From a virus: a stretch of 58,642 nt of DNA. A program made the position numbers and the translations under genes. The stretch lies in UHGV virus genome UHGV-0101169; one strand, given 5' to 3'. Under the pieces are notes generated by a model, which did no database searches, was not told where the DNA came from, and saw only the letters and a program-made list of their open reading frames with translations. Positions 6,590 through 16,166 of the stretch are shown here, piece by piece (position 1 is the stretch's first letter; each line of letters opens with the position of its first letter).

Positions 6590-7190
6590 AATCATTGTCT
6601 GCTATCCGGATCCAGTCCGGCGAGGGTTCGCGACCTGTAGCAGGCGTTTCCTCTGTTGTACCTTGCCACGCCCGGCAAACGTGGAAACCATACCGGAACA
6701 GAGATAGCAAAGCGGCTAGGATGTCAAGAAAGCGAAGGCAGCCGCAAAACTTCGCAACGATTTTATAGCAGCCCCAAGAGCATATACAGCAAATAAACGG
6801 CCTTACAGCCGTTCCGAGAGCCGCGAGCGGTAAATAACAGCGGCGATCCTATAAGCCACGGGGCAGGACGCGGGCGGAAGAAGGCCACACTATACAAAGC
6901 AACCAGAAAACCATAGCAAAACAGAAAGAAAGTGATAAAAATGTTTACAGCTGACATTATAAGCCAGAAAACAAGGGCGGTGTATATTGCCTCCCCAGTA
7001 TCTATGATCTTGTTAATTCTTCAATACATTTGTACGGCGGGTCTTGCCTCTGCTCACACGCTTCTTTTGCTTGCGCTGCCTGTATTCAGTCTTTATGATT
7101 GTTATGTTTCCGCGCTTTTCTTCCGTTCTAATCTTGACGGCCTCCGGGATATAGGCAGACGTTATAAGCCGGTGCTTGCTCCCCGATCTA

Positions 7191-7880
7191 CTACCCATTT
7201 ATCCACACCCCCGCATCATTTGAAACGGTTTGTCCACCACTACGCCTCCGGATCTGCTGCCCGTATGACTCCAGGTAGACCACCGGCGCAAGGTCCCGGG
7301 GTAAATTCTGAAGCTCAGGCCCCACAACTAGCACTTGATCTGGATGTAACCGGCGAATCATTTCCCGGTATCCGATCTCAAAGCAGTGTTGCCCGTCATC
7401 CCAAAAGCAGCCGGTCGTACTTACCGCCACTGTTCCGCCCTGGCTCAGTCCATCAAAACAAAAACTAAAGCTGTCTGGGCTGCCCCATCCAACCGAAGGA
7501 ATCACTTCAAAACCGTTGGCATGGAGCCACCAGCTAAGCGCCCGGCTTCTGTAGACTTGCCAAATTTTCATAGCTAGCGGCATACCGTCATAAAATGAAA
7601 AATCCGGTGCGCAAACATATCTGAAATTTTCCAAAATTCCGAAATATTTCTCTGGATTATTCCATAATCGCTCAAACCTGTGATCATCAATAAAAAAATG
7701 GCATACAGAATTTCTGGGATTTAATTCTCTTTGCGCCAAGTTAAAAGGCACCGCTTTAACTCCGGTCAAATCTGCGTTGACCGCCGAAAGCTTTGGAAAA
7801 CCATATTTCCCGTCTAATTCTGCGCCATACAAATAACGCTCACGTATCACATCATTAATCGTATTGATTTCTTGATACAT
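7191..7880 (-). CDS. DUF4417-like protein (229 aa)
   Basis: FIDDHRFERLWNNP...CAPDFSFYDGMP...IWQVYRSRALSWW...VIPSVGWGSPDSFSFCFDG resembles the DUF4417 consensus. SD AAAGGAGAT precedes the ATG at 7880. Confidence 0.5.
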   Translation of the reverse strand: MYQEINTINDVIRERYLYGAELDGKYGFPKLSAVNADLTGVKAVPFNLAQRELNPRNSVCHFFIDDHRFERLWNNPEKYFGILENFRYVCAPDFSFYDGMPLAMKIWQVYRSRALSWWLHANGFEVIPSVGWGSPDSFSFCFDGLSQGGTVAVSTTGCFWDDGQHCFEIGYREMIRRLHPDQVLVVGPELQNLPRDLAPVVYLESYGQQIRRRSGGQTVSNDAGVWING

Positions 7881-7971
7881 TTGGATATCTCCTTTCGTCA
7901 ATTTCAACAACCAAAGCTGTAGGCTGTTAATCACAATTCATGCAAAGAGGTAAAAATCCAAATCATACCAA

Positions 7972-8310
7972 TCAATTTCCTGTATTCAGCATACCATTAT
8001 TCTGTGAATTAAGCAACATTAAATTGTCTAGCAAATACACCAGGTCCGTCCCATACAGGCTAATCCAGTCTGCCATACATTCTTCTTGTTCAATAGGCAT
8101 ATGGATTGAGTATGAAAAGCAGAACACATGGCAGAGTTCATGTGCCAAAACTTTGCGCAGAAATGCCCCTTTAAGCCGTTTATTTAGGTAAATGGTTCTG
8201 TTGTTCCAATCGGTTACTCCAACGGTTTCTGAGCCGTCTGAGCGCATCAGAAAGGCACTTCCACTGGGCACTCTACTTATAGTCCATTGTATCCCGTTGA
8301 TTTGAAACAT
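7972..8310 (-). CDS. small HExxH zinc-metallopeptidase-like protein (ImmA/SprT-like)
   Basis: LAHELCHVF motif in a 112-aa protein. Confidence 0.45.
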   Translation of the reverse strand: MFQINGIQWTISRVPSGSAFLMRSDGSETVGVTDWNNRTIYLNKRLKGAFLRKVLAHELCHVFCFSYSIHMPIEQEECMADWISLYGTDLVYLLDNLMLLNSQNNGMLNTGN

Positions 8311-8368
8311 AATTTGCCCCTTTCAAAAAGAACTACCGCCTGGCAGACGATAGTTCCTATTTATCAAT

Positions 8369-9001
8369 TTACAGTTTGGTAGCCAGCGCAGAAATCTTAG
8401 ACTTAAGCATATTGCGTTCTTCCGGTGTCATATCAGACAGCAGCCCTGTGATGTCAGAAGAAATTTCTTTAAAATAATCTTCCAGGCCTCTCATTTTGGC
8501 TTCTTTGTCCTGCGGAGTATTAGCTCTATGCAGTTCTTTTGTTTCGGTGTAATTGCGCTTTGCTCTATCATAGTTGCTTTCGCTCATGGTCATACTTGGC
8601 TCAGTGTAGTACATCCGCCCGGTATTTCTGTCCATGTCCCGGTATTCCTGCATGTCTTTGTACATTTCCGGGGTCATTCTCCAATATGGTCCTTCATATC
8701 CTCTGCGATAAGTGCCTCTGCCTTTTGGAGCAAATCTTCCGTCAGAATAGCGGTAATGATCGTAATATCGTCTTTCTGGATAATCTTCATATTGTTCCAG
8801 CATTTCCATAATATCATCGTTTTCTTCTGCTTTTTTCATTGCCTCTACGATTTTAAAATCTTTATCAAAGCAAGCAATGTTCTTAGCAATTTCTGTCCAA
8901 TCTTTCAAATCATCCAGATTTTGTCCTTCAAAATTCTCAATTCCGATTGATTCCGCTTTTGCCTTAACACATTCCAGGATTTTTTTTGCCCATTCATGCA
9001 T
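8369..9001 (-). CDS. hypothetical protein (~210 aa), acidic/Tyr-rich
   Basis: ORF with the ATG (MHEWAKKI) placed after AAAGGGTGG. Confidence 0.5.
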   Translation of the reverse strand: MHEWAKKILECVKAKAESIGIENFEGQNLDDLKDWTEIAKNIACFDKDFKIVEAMKKAEENDDIMEMLEQYEDYPERRYYDHYRYSDGRFAPKGRGTYRRGYEGPYWRMTPEMYKDMQEYRDMDRNTGRMYYTEPSMTMSESNYDRAKRNYTETKELHRANTPQDKEAKMRGLEDYFKEISSDITGLLSDMTPEERNMLKSKISALATKL

Positions 9002-9017
9002 ACATTCCACCACCCTT

Positions 9018-9440
9018 TCACGCTTCTCTGGTAACTACAAGGTTAGCGTTAGCCACTTCAATAGCCTGTGTGCTGGTATTTTCAACCGCAATATTCGCAC
9101 AGCAGCCTGCCGGAACATCAATATAGATTCCGGCGGACACGTTGTTATACTGTGATACTGCTGCCGGAGTGGAGCGCATCTGAGATGAAAGAACCGGTTC
9201 TCCACTGATTGCGATTGCCAGAGAAATTTCACCTGCTGTTCCACCTGTCGGGACGGCGATATTTGCGGAAAAGTTTACAAAGTATCTTGCTCTGCACTGA
9301 TTGGTCAACCCACGAAGCGTGATAATGCCGGATCCTTCCCGGTGTTTAATGCAATTCCCGCCTTTAACAGCGGTGCTTGTAAAGACTACGTTCCCATTCT
9401 GCGCTACTTCCTGAGCAGCTACAGCCACAAATTCAGCCAT
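9018..9440 (-). CDS. BclA-C/C1q-like (TNF-fold) domain protein
   Basis: FTSTAVKGGN...GSGIITL...RYFVNFSANIAVPTGGTAGEISLAIAISG pattern. SD GGAGGT precedes the ATG at 9440. Confidence 0.35.
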   Translation of the reverse strand: MAEFVAVAAQEVAQNGNVVFTSTAVKGGNCIKHREGSGIITLRGLTNQCRARYFVNFSANIAVPTGGTAGEISLAIAISGEPVLSSQMRSTPAAVSQYNNVSAGIYIDVPAGCCANIAVENTSTQAIEVANANLVVTREA

Positions 9441-9567
9441 AATATTTACCTCCATAAATGATAAGGGCAGACTGTTAAGCCTGCCCTGTGTAATTCTGCT
9501 ATGCAGACATAACCTGTTTGGTTAAGTTACGATTATTCCGTTGTAACCGTATGTGATTCCATACGGT

Positions 9568-10359
9568 TTAGCAACCGCAGCCTGTATTGCAGCCACAGCC
9601 ATATGCATAAGCGTTCGGATTCGGAACAACGTATGCCGGAACTGCTGCCGGATTAACCGCGTTGATAATCTGCTGTGTCTGATTAGCCATCTGAGTTGTG
9701 AGCAATGCGCTCTGACGATCCTGAGAAGCTGCCCGACGAAGATCGTTGTTTTCTGCTTGCAGAGAAGAAATCTTCTCATTGCACAGATAATCAAGAATAG
9801 CACGGGTTCCAGCATTCTGGCTATCAATAATATCTCTGGTATTGTTGTTCATTGTATTCTGCAATGCGCAGGTATTCTGTGCCATGTTGTAGTTTACGCC
9901 CTGGATTGCTTCCCGGGTTTCGCAGCAACATGAAGCATTTTGAGCTGCCATATTAGCAAGTGTAGACTGAATAGCATTTGTATTCTGCATTCCCGCTACT
10001 GTATCAGCGTTGATAGCCTGCTGAATGCCATAGCCTGTCTGAAGTATATTGGTATTAATACCATTAAATCCAGTCAGCATGCCATTGTTTACAGCATAGA
10101 AGCCATCACATAATCCATTAGAAATTCCGTCAAGTTTGCTGATAACCGCCTGATTATCAAAACCACGCTGGATCGCAGAATCCGTATAATAGCTAGAGTT
10201 GGAACCGTTTCCTCCCCAGCCTCCATTGCCCCATCCTCCGAATACGAAAAACAGAACAAACAGGATGATCCACCATCCATTGCCATCTCCAAAGCCATCT
10301 CCTCCGTTGCCATAAGCAGGAGTTACCGGCATTGTAAAAGGTGTGTTTGAATTAAACAT
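9568..10359 (-). CDS. Gly-rich single-TM protein with Q/N-rich ectodomain and Cys clusters (CCCE; C-terminal GCGCNTGCGC)
   Basis: N-terminal GNGGDGFGDGNGWWIILFVLFFVFGGWGNGGWGGNG, then a low-complexity Q/N/A/T region. SD AGGAGGTAAAATCATG. Confidence 0.5.
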   Translation of the reverse strand: MFNSNTPFTMPVTPAYGNGGDGFGDGNGWWIILFVLFFVFGGWGNGGWGGNGSNSSYYTDSAIQRGFDNQAVISKLDGISNGLCDGFYAVNNGMLTGFNGINTNILQTGYGIQQAINADTVAGMQNTNAIQSTLANMAAQNASCCCETREAIQGVNYNMAQNTCALQNTMNNNTRDIIDSQNAGTRAILDYLCNEKISSLQAENNDLRRAASQDRQSALLTTQMANQTQQIINAVNPAAVPAYVVPNPNAYAYGCGCNTGCGC

Positions 10360-10541
10360 GATTTTACCTCCTGAAATTGATATATACTTAATTCTTGCAA
10401 GAAATTAGTATCTTTTTTATAAAACTTGTTGTATAATATTTGTGTACGGATAGGGTAGCTCCCGAAAGCTGTTTGTCCTAACAGTTTCCGTACATCAAAC
10501 TTGTATAGGACATTTACACTGAAAGGACAGGTGTTATTTTT

Positions 10542-11357
10542 ATGCTCAAATACAAAATTGAAGACTATATTGGCAAAAAATATGGTCACCTAAAAGTTTT
10601 AGGAAAAGCTATTGAGTCAAATGTTCCTAATTGTTTTTTGTTTCTATGTGACTGCGGAAGAGAAATCTCTCTCGCTCCTGACCTAGTTATAAAAGGATAT
10701 CAGAAATCCTGCGGAAAATGTTTGTTTTCTAACGAGTCTCCCGCAAGAATAAAGCCGGAAGATTACATCGGAAAAAGAAATAATCTTTTAACTGTTGTTT
10801 CCACACACAAAGAGCCAAAGGGAAGAACAAAGCTAATTTGTCTATGCGATTGTGGTAAAACTACAGAAGTTTTACCATATCAATTCAAAAAAGGATCTAT
10901 AAAAAGTTGCGGTTGCTTGCTCAAAAACAGTCCAAACTACTTGGACGGGAGAAGCGCCAACGAACTTTATGGACTTTGGAAAAACATGCTTGGAAGATGC
11001 GAAAATCCAAATCACCCAAAATTTTACCGGTATGGCGCTAGAGGAATCAAAGTGTGCAATGAATGGCATAATTTTTGGAGTTTTGTTTCGTGGTCTATTT
11101 CTGTCGGAGGAAGACCAAATGGCTTTTCCTTAGACCGAATAAACAATGATAAAAATTACTGTCCAGAAAATTGCAGATGGGCTGATTCCAAACTTCAATC
11201 TACAAACAAGTCAACAAACAGAATCATTGAACATAACGGAGTTTCAAAGACTCTTCATGAATGGGCCGCAGAAATCGGAATAAGCGATCAATCTTTATCC
11301 AAACGCCTGCAAAAAAAATGGCCACTAGAAAAAGTTTTTGCTCCAAAGTCCAAATAG
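10542..11357 (+). CDS. HNH/AP2-like homing-endonuclease family protein, paralog 1 (N-terminal duplicated Zn-finger modules)
   Basis: Motifs YGARGIKVCNEW and SLDRINNDKNYCPENCRWADSKLQSTNKS. An extended -10 promoter (TGTATAAT) and a structured leader lie upstream. Confidence 0.6.
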   Translation: MLKYKIEDYIGKKYGHLKVLGKAIESNVPNCFLFLCDCGREISLAPDLVIKGYQKSCGKCLFSNESPARIKPEDYIGKRNNLLTVVSTHKEPKGRTKLICLCDCGKTTEVLPYQFKKGSIKSCGCLLKNSPNYLDGRSANELYGLWKNMLGRCENPNHPKFYRYGARGIKVCNEWHNFWSFVSWSISVGGRPNGFSLDRINNDKNYCPENCRWADSKLQSTNKSTNRIIEHNGVSKTLHEWAAEIGISDQSLSKRLQKKWPLEKVFAPKSK

Positions 11358-11588
11358 CTATTTTATGGGGAATTGGTTTTTAAATTCAGCAAATGCTTTA
11401 TCAAAATCAATTCCCTTTTCTTTTGCAATGTTCCTTCCAAATTTCTCTATGCCTTGTATATCTCCTCTTTGAGCCATATTCATTATATTTCTTACCATTG
11501 GATTGCTCATGATCTGGTTGTTTCCCATAATATTTTGCATAAACTGCTGTGGATTTTGAAACATCTGCATTAAATTCATCGGATTCAT
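11358..11588 (-). CDS. hypothetical M/N/Q-rich small protein
   Basis: ORF only. Confidence 0.45.
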   Translation of the reverse strand: MNPMNLMQMFQNPQQFMQNIMGNNQIMSNPMVRNIMNMAQRGDIQGIEKFGRNIAKEKGIDFDKAFAEFKNQFPIK

Positions 11589-12103
11589 TCAGCATCCTCC
11601 TTTTTAGTCATAGAACTACGGCTTTTAGCCATAGGTTTAGTCATAGACTGCTCTAATCGGTCAATCTTTTCGGAAAGTTCATTGAAATGTCTTTCAAATA
11701 CCTCTGTGACGTTCTGTGCGAGTCCAGAAGCCATTTTATCTGTGTCAGCCTGTACTTCTTTGGTCGTATTTGGTTGAACCGGTTTATAGGTCAATGTGCG
11801 TATTGTTCCATCAGCACACCAACTTTTAACATAGATTTCTGATAAGTCCTGTTTTGGGAAGAAAGCTGCTGATCCATCCATAGGCACACAATCAGCTGTC
11901 ACGTTTTCAATTGCCTGCACGACCATTCCGTTAAGTCCCCTTGGCATCTGTTGCACCGGCGGATTTTGTTGCTGAACCTGTTGCACTGGAACTTCCGGTT
12001 GCTGAAATCTCGGCTGCATATACGGAAGATAAGAATTTACACCGTATTGCTGCTGTCCATATGGTATCTGAGGATACATATTATTCTGATACGGAACTGG
12101 CAT
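11585..12103 (-). CDS. hypothetical protein with Q/P-rich N-terminus
   Basis: ORF only. Overlaps the downstream gene's start. Confidence 0.5.
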   Translation of the reverse strand: MPVPYQNNMYPQIPYGQQQYGVNSYLPYMQPRFQQPEVPVQQVQQQNPPVQQMPRGLNGMVVQAIENVTADCVPMDGSAAFFPKQDLSEIYVKSWCADGTIRTLTYKPVQPNTTKEVQADTDKMASGLAQNVTEVFERHFNELSEKIDRLEQSMTKPMAKSRSSMTKKEDAE

Positions 12104-12342
12104 CTTCTTTTACCTCCTCTAAAACTTCCTCTATTGCATGAATTACGGCAGACTGAGTTTGCAAATCAAGTCTCTGCAATTCTTCTCTGGCAAAAATCTT
12201 TTCTAAAACTTCATCAGAAAACATACCTCATCCTCCTTCCACTTAAATTTTCGCATAAAAAAAGACGGTTAAACCGTCAAATTATCGCAAATTATCAGTA
12301 TATTATTAGTAAAACAGAATAAAAACCTATCCATTTATGAAT

Positions 12343-12386
12343 TTCAACTTTCTATATTTCGGTCCAGCGATACTTAGAAAGTTGAA
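12343..12386. promoter_or_regulatory. 12-bp perfect inverted repeat TTCAACTTTCTA-N20-TAGAAAGTTGAA abutting the recombinase stop; candidate attP core or terminator
   Basis: Perfect arms lie 6 bp from the serine recombinase stop codon. No adjacent U-tract. Confidence 0.35.
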
Positions 12387-12391
12387 GTATA

Positions 12392-13741
12392 TTACAAAGT
12401 AACAAAACGAATCGTAATTTCGTCCTTGTCAACCACTATATCTTCAACGCATTGCTTCAATATTTTGTTTTTTTCTTTCAATGTCAAGCTGTCCCAAACA
12501 TCTGACATATGCCTGATTTCTGCTATTTTTGTTGGATCACACCTCTTTTCTGTTTTTGCATCATCGAGTTTCTTTTTTAATTTCTTGATATTTTCTTCCT
12601 CTGCTTTTATCACATCAAGTAGATTTTCGCTAGGGTTATCTGCATATAAGCCGTACAACCGCCTAACTTTTGTATCAGATTTTTTTAACGATTCCACTAA
12701 AATTTCAGTGCTATCTTGATGGCTTTCAGTATACTCATTAATATTAATGGCAAAATTTTTAAAACATTCTTCCACTTCTGCTTCGATTTTATAAGCATCT
12801 ACTGGATGATTTTTGCAACAATCTGACTTTCGCATATATGCTTTTGAACTTTGATAATGTGAATAGCACACCAACTTCATTGTTTTTGCAGTCCATTTCT
12901 GGTATCTCATTCTTGCGCCGCAGTAACCACAATGGCACAAACCTGTCAGTAAATGTCCGCTACTCAAATAAGCATTGGTATGTCTTTTTTTCATTTCGTC
13001 TTGGACTTTCCAAAATACCTTTTCATCAATAATTGGTTCATGTCTGCCTTTATATACCTTGCCTTTATATTCAATTAAACCAATATTTGATTTTCGTTTT
13101 AAAATCCCCTTAACTATTGGTTCACCTTTAAATCCAAGAATCTTTGAAATGTTTTCGCAAGAAAATCCATTTAGATACAGATCATATACTTTTCGCACCA
13201 CAGACGCTTGTTGCTCATTAATGTGTAATATGCCATCATTGCGATCATAATAATATCCCCATGGGGTTCTGCCACCACCCATCCAATATCCTTTTTTTAC
13301 GCGTTCTAACATCCCGGCGGACATTCTCATTCGAATAACTTCACGTTCATACTGGTTCATGGCCGCATTCATTGTCAACATCATCCTGTCCATTGGATTT
13401 TCTGTCCGTAGTTCTTCAGTCATAGAAATAACCTTAACTCCATATCCAGGAAGAATTTTGTAAAACAAGTTCAGCGTATCAATAACATCTCGGCTCATGC
13501 GATCAAGCTTGTAGATGTACACTGTATCAATGATTCCGCTTTTTGCGTGGTTCAAAAGTTCTTGAATCTCTGGTCTGTCAAGTTTGCTTCCACTATACCC
13601 CCCATCTATGTACCATTTGTCAATAGTAATACCATGTTTTTCACAGTAATCCATTATTTTTTGTTTCTGCATATCCAAGCCGTACTTTTCAGTCTGTGTT
13701 TCTGTTGATACTCTCAAATATGCCACCTGCAATTTGCTCAT
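12392..13741 (-). CDS. large serine recombinase (integrase)
   Basis: N-terminal resolvase catalytic domain (YLRVSTETQ...), recombinase domain and Cys-rich zinc ribbon (CHCGYCGARM). 449 aa. Confidence 0.85.
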   Translation of the reverse strand: MSKLQVAYLRVSTETQTEKYGLDMQKQKIMDYCEKHGITIDKWYIDGGYSGSKLDRPEIQELLNHAKSGIIDTVYIYKLDRMSRDVIDTLNLFYKILPGYGVKVISMTEELRTENPMDRMMLTMNAAMNQYEREVIRMRMSAGMLERVKKGYWMGGGRTPWGYYYDRNDGILHINEQQASVVRKVYDLYLNGFSCENISKILGFKGEPIVKGILKRKSNIGLIEYKGKVYKGRHEPIIDEKVFWKVQDEMKKRHTNAYLSSGHLLTGLCHCGYCGARMRYQKWTAKTMKLVCYSHYQSSKAYMRKSDCCKNHPVDAYKIEAEVEECFKNFAININEYTESHQDSTEILVESLKKSDTKVRRLYGLYADNPSENLLDVIKAEEENIKKLKKKLDDAKTEKRCDPTKIAEIRHMSDVWDSLTLKEKNKILKQCVEDIVVDKDEITIRFVTL

Positions 13742-13798
13742 AGGCCATCCTCCTAAAAGAAAATGGCTAGGTTTTTATTCTAGCCATAGTCTACAACA

Positions 13799-14146
13799 TC
13801 ACTTTGTCTTAGTCAATTTCTCAGCAAGTATTTTTTTTACACTTTCTATTTTAATTTCATTATTTTTCAGATCTTCCTTTGTAACACGCTGTCCATTAAC
13901 ATAAATTGTAGTCATGTTTTCAAACACCTCCAAAAAATCAATTATTTTTCTGAAAACAATTTTCTTCTTTTTGGTTATGCTGGAAAGCGACAAATTCAAC
14001 TTTTCTGCCATTTGAATATCACTAGCACCAGCACTTGCCATTTTTAATAATATGATTTCAGTTTGCGAAAAATTACAGTTATCCAATAAAAAATCAACTT
14101 CTGGCTTACTCAGTTTATTAAACCCTAACCGCATAAGCCCTCCCAT
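13799..14146 (-). CDS. sigma-70 region-4-like HTH regulator (candidate late-gene activator)
   Basis: LSKPEVDFLLDNCNFSQTEIILLKMASAGASDIQMAEKLNLSLSSITKKKK fits the sigma r4/LuxR HTH pattern. Confidence 0.45.
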   Translation of the reverse strand: MGGLMRLGFNKLSKPEVDFLLDNCNFSQTEIILLKMASAGASDIQMAEKLNLSLSSITKKKKIVFRKIIDFLEVFENMTTIYVNGQRVTKEDLKNNEIKIESVKKILAEKLTKTK

Positions 14147-14803
14147 TTAATTTCTAAAAATTAATTGATTACTTTCTTTCCACGATTTATTCTGAGGAAA
14201 TTTTTCTGGATGTGTTCTTCTTAGTTCTATAGCATCATCATGACATTTTTGTATGCATACAGTACACACTTTTTTCCTGGATCCATCTTCAAGCGGTGAT
14301 CCGCAGTATCGACAAAGATGATTTTTTTCTTTATATTCCATTTTAGGTATGACATTCGGAGGAAGTCTGTGCTTTTCCGCATCTTTTTCTAGGCACAGCT
14401 TGCATTTCTTTCTTCCGGGAGCAGCCTTGCGTTTTCCGCATCTTGTACAAATACCTCGTTCGCTTCTTTCTCTGTATACACTGCGGCCATAATTTCTCAT
14501 AGCTGCTTTCTGTTCATCTGTTAAAGGATCCTTGCTTTTCTGCTTCCATTCATATTGTTTCTGTCTGCAAGCAATGCATATTTTTTCGGTTCCGAAAAGC
14601 CGTTCTTTGCCACATTCCGGGCAAATATGGTGTGACCTCCAAAATGCCCTACTTTCTCTTGTATATTCATTGCGCTTTTCCAAACATGCTTTGCAATAAT
14701 ATCCTTGTCTATCTTTTTCTTTACCGCACTTAGGGCATTTTCCATCGTTTATCCTTCGGCGGCGTGTATATTCAATCCTTGTCTTCTTTTGAGTTATTGC
14801 CAT
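14147..14803 (-). CDS. protein with four tandem CxxC-CxxC zinc-ribbon repeats
   Basis: Four repeats of CP(K/E)CGK...C(K/I)AC spacing. Basic. Confidence 0.5.
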   Translation of the reverse strand: MAITQKKTRIEYTRRRRINDGKCPKCGKEKDRQGYYCKACLEKRNEYTRESRAFWRSHHICPECGKERLFGTEKICIACRQKQYEWKQKSKDPLTDEQKAAMRNYGRSVYRERSERGICTRCGKRKAAPGRKKCKLCLEKDAEKHRLPPNVIPKMEYKEKNHLCRYCGSPLEDGSRKKVCTVCIQKCHDDAIELRRTHPEKFPQNKSWKESNQLIFRN

Positions 14804-14862
14804 AGTTTATGGAGTAAAGTGCACTTTGTTGTCCGGACAAACCTCTTTACCTCCAATTCACA

Positions 14863-15516
14863 TTATCTCAAGCCAAGTGCTTTTAATTTCTCCATGGCAT
14901 TATCAGGAATGCCATGCAACCTTACAGAAGCTTTATTTTTCTGTTTTTCCTCTTCTCTCGTATTTTCTATCAATTTGGTATCCGAAGCCTCTAACCTTCC
15001 TGCCAATGCGTTCTGGTTAAGATTTTCAACTAATTCCCTAATTTTTTCAGGAAGTTTATTAAGTTCCTTTCTTCTATCCATAACCACACGATATGACCTC
15101 ATAAAATTGCTACTGGCAACACTCTCATTAAAAGTTTCGTCCATAGCCCATATTTTGAGTTGTTCTGGCCTGCCAACTGCCTTTTGAACCGATGCGGGAA
15201 GTTTTTGAAATTCTTCACCACTGTTGTATGTGCTATTTCTCAATGCCTTGCTTACTAAAGTCCAGGCTTCCAGCTCATTCATTTCTTGTGGAGAAGTTAA
15301 CAGCATGATTTTTTCCATAATCTGTCCTGGAGAAGGCGCAAAGCCGCTGGAATTTGTACGCATGTATATAGCAAACGCCCGTTGAACTGTATCCCATTCG
15401 CAATCACTTAATGCCATTCTCCAGGCATTAACTGCTGCTGTCTTATCTGGAGGATTAAAGTTCGGATAAGTTGCCTGTATCATTGCAAGCAAGTTCTGAG
15501 TTTCTTCTCTTGTCAT
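14863..15516 (-). CDS. G39P-like helicase loader/inhibitor family protein
   Basis: N-terminus TREETQNLLAMIQATYPNFNPPDKTAAVNAWRMAL resembles SPP1 G39P. TAATG overlap with the upstream replisome organizer. Confidence 0.45.
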   Translation of the reverse strand: MTREETQNLLAMIQATYPNFNPPDKTAAVNAWRMALSDCEWDTVQRAFAIYMRTNSSGFAPSPGQIMEKIMLLTSPQEMNELEAWTLVSKALRNSTYNSGEEFQKLPASVQKAVGRPEQLKIWAMDETFNESVASSNFMRSYRVVMDRRKELNKLPEKIRELVENLNQNALAGRLEASDTKLIENTREEEKQKNKASVRLHGIPDNAMEKLKALGLR

Positions 15517-16151
15517 TATGACTGCCTCCATTCATCTATAAGATTTCTATCTGTATGGGTTTCAGGCTGCTTCCGTGTTCTCTCCCATGTCCTAACAGCA
15601 GCTTTCCAGTCTTTCATCTTGTTTTTGCCTATCATCCAGCCTTTAGAACTGTAAAAATTTACAAAAGATTGAGCATCAATTCCATTTTGCCTTTGCTCAC
15701 AGTAAGCCTGGACCTCATCCGCTGTTGGTGGAATAAAAATCTGTCTTTTTGGTTCAGGCTTTTTCTCTGCGTTAGGTGGTTCATCTGGTGGTTCGTTAGG
15801 TGGTTCACTCAGATTTTCGGTAACCTGAAATTTATTGTAATTTACTACGTTTATCAGCGTTCCTCTGTTGGTTCGCTCCGTGGTCACCATTTGTTCATCC
15901 TCCAACAGTTTAAGGAATCGTTTAACTTTATTTCTGGACCATGACCAACGGGCACTTAGCTTCTCTATGCTGAACATATAGGAGCCTTTTGGAACTATGG
16001 TAGTCTTGCCGTCTATCAACATTTTTACATCCTTATGAGAAGCTGAAAGCAATATATCTATCCAAGCTGATCTTCTATCAAACGCCTCCCTACTGTTCCA
16101 AATAGAACAGTCAAATATTTGTCTATGTAGCTTTATCCAGCCTTTTTCCAT
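15516..16151 (-). CDS. phage replisome organizer (DnaD-like N-terminal domain)
   Basis: MEKGWIKLHRQIFDCSIWNS...SRNKVKRFLKLLEDEQMV, plus the C-terminal motif FVNFYSSKGWMIGKNKMKDWKAAVRTW. Confidence 0.6.
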   Translation of the reverse strand: MEKGWIKLHRQIFDCSIWNSREAFDRRSAWIDILLSASHKDVKMLIDGKTTIVPKGSYMFSIEKLSARWSWSRNKVKRFLKLLEDEQMVTTERTNRGTLINVVNYNKFQVTENLSEPPNEPPDEPPNAEKKPEPKRQIFIPPTADEVQAYCEQRQNGIDAQSFVNFYSSKGWMIGKNKMKDWKAAVRTWERTRKQPETHTDRNLIDEWRQS

Positions 16152-16166
16152 AATCCCACTCCAGTA

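Noticed and set aside
6932-7468. Plus-strand ORF (178 aa) overlapping the DUF4417 gene
   Set aside because: The downstream two-thirds is antisense to a well-supported gene and is Pro/Ser/His-rich, like a shadow ORF. Only the first ~80 codons could be real, and the SD is weak.
8528-8950. Plus-strand ORFs 8528..8950 and 8539..8811
   Set aside because: They are antisense to the 8369..9001 gene, hydrophobic or low complexity, and lack an SD.
12343-12386. Reading the inverted repeat after the recombinase simply as a rho-independent terminator
   Set aside because: No U-tract follows the stem on either strand, and the loop is 20 nt. It is kept as an attP or regulatory candidate instead.
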